Shown: positions 31,783 to 32,000 of the stretch, in pieces
How the letters are laid out: each line of letters opens with the position of its first letter
How positions within the stretch are numbered: the stretch's first letter is position 1
Assembly: GCA_965237675.1 (NCBI GenBank)
Contig: OZ250150.1
Span: forward strand, 370,428-402,427
DNA from: Candidatus Latescibacterota bacterium
GTDB lineage: Bacteria > Latescibacterota > UBA2968 > GCA-2709665
DNA: 32,000 bases
Direction: 5' to 3'
Made by a program: the position numbers and the translations under genes
Notes under the pieces: generated by a model
What the model was told of the DNA's origin: nothing
The model's input: the letters and a program-made list of their open reading frames with translations, nothing else
Databases searched by the model: none

Positions 31783-32000
31783 ATGAAGATTGTGGATCCC
31801 GTTGCGGTCTGGGACGTGCGCCCGTGGGGGTGTCCGGCTTTCACCATCCGGGACTTTAACGGCGATGGGAAGAACGAAGTTCTGTTCGTACAAAGCGCGG
31901 GTGCGCATGCCAACGAGGCGTTCGATCCGCGATTTTCCGACGTACAGGGGTATAAGACCGGCGTGGAAGACCAGGAGCTCTTTTGTCTGACCCTTACGGA
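31783..32000 (+). CDS. Hypothetical protein, 3' end cut by the window edge; N-terminal FG-GAP/VCBS-like calcium-binding repeat
   Basis: GAGGAG lies 11 nt before ATG 31783. The open frame runs to the window end and is absent from the ORF track because it has no stop. MKIVDPVAVWDVRPWGCPAFTIRDFNGDGKNEVLFVQSAG contains a DxNGDGxxE loop. Confidence 0.55.
   Translation, partial: MKIVDPVAVWDVRPWGCPAFTIRDFNGDGKNEVLFVQSAGAHANEAFDPRFSDVQGYKTGVEDQELFCLTLT

Overview
32-kb high-GC bacterial chromosomal window. I saw no rRNA, tRNA or CRISPR array. There are about 25 intact protein genes, mostly metabolic. On the plus strand at the left end: a 5'-truncated class-III aminotransferase, a Gfo/Idh/MocA oxidoreductase, a CocE/NonD hydrolase and psd. 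Two more intact Gfo/Idh/MocA genes, a YiaK/DlgD-like dehydrogenase and a cupin lie elsewhere. A long minus-strand cluster (25034 down to 16003) encodes a DSD1-type PLP enzyme, a 2-hydroxyacid dehydrogenase, RidA, an SDR, 2-oxoacid dehydrogenase E1alpha/E1beta/E2, a stand-alone HsdR_N protein and a CoA-binding protein. Stand-out items: (i) a 684-aa DUF2341/LamG protein whose LamG domain is split by seven ~50-aa propeller-like repeats. (ii) A 1137-aa membrane protein that is an internal tandem duplication of an ectodomain plus CPBP-protease module; only the first copy keeps the catalytic motifs. (iii) A tightly coupled three-gene unit: GWxTD/TPR protein, 2-TM miniprotein, transglutaminase-like/FN3 protein. 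This is my best candidate for an uncharacterised system. (iv) A 186-210-bp hairpin-forming repeat bounded by terminal inverted repeats and present twice, plus two other intergenic repeat structures. (v) An AT-richer decayed accessory islet (about 11.6-13.9 kb) with a DNA-methyltransferase relic, an intact RelE/ParE-type TA pair, a serine-protease fragment and an oxidoreductase relic. A second TA relic (intact RHH antitoxin with a consensus promoter, truncated PIN toxin) sits inside the catabolic cluster. All functional calls come from motif recognition by eye; no database search was run.
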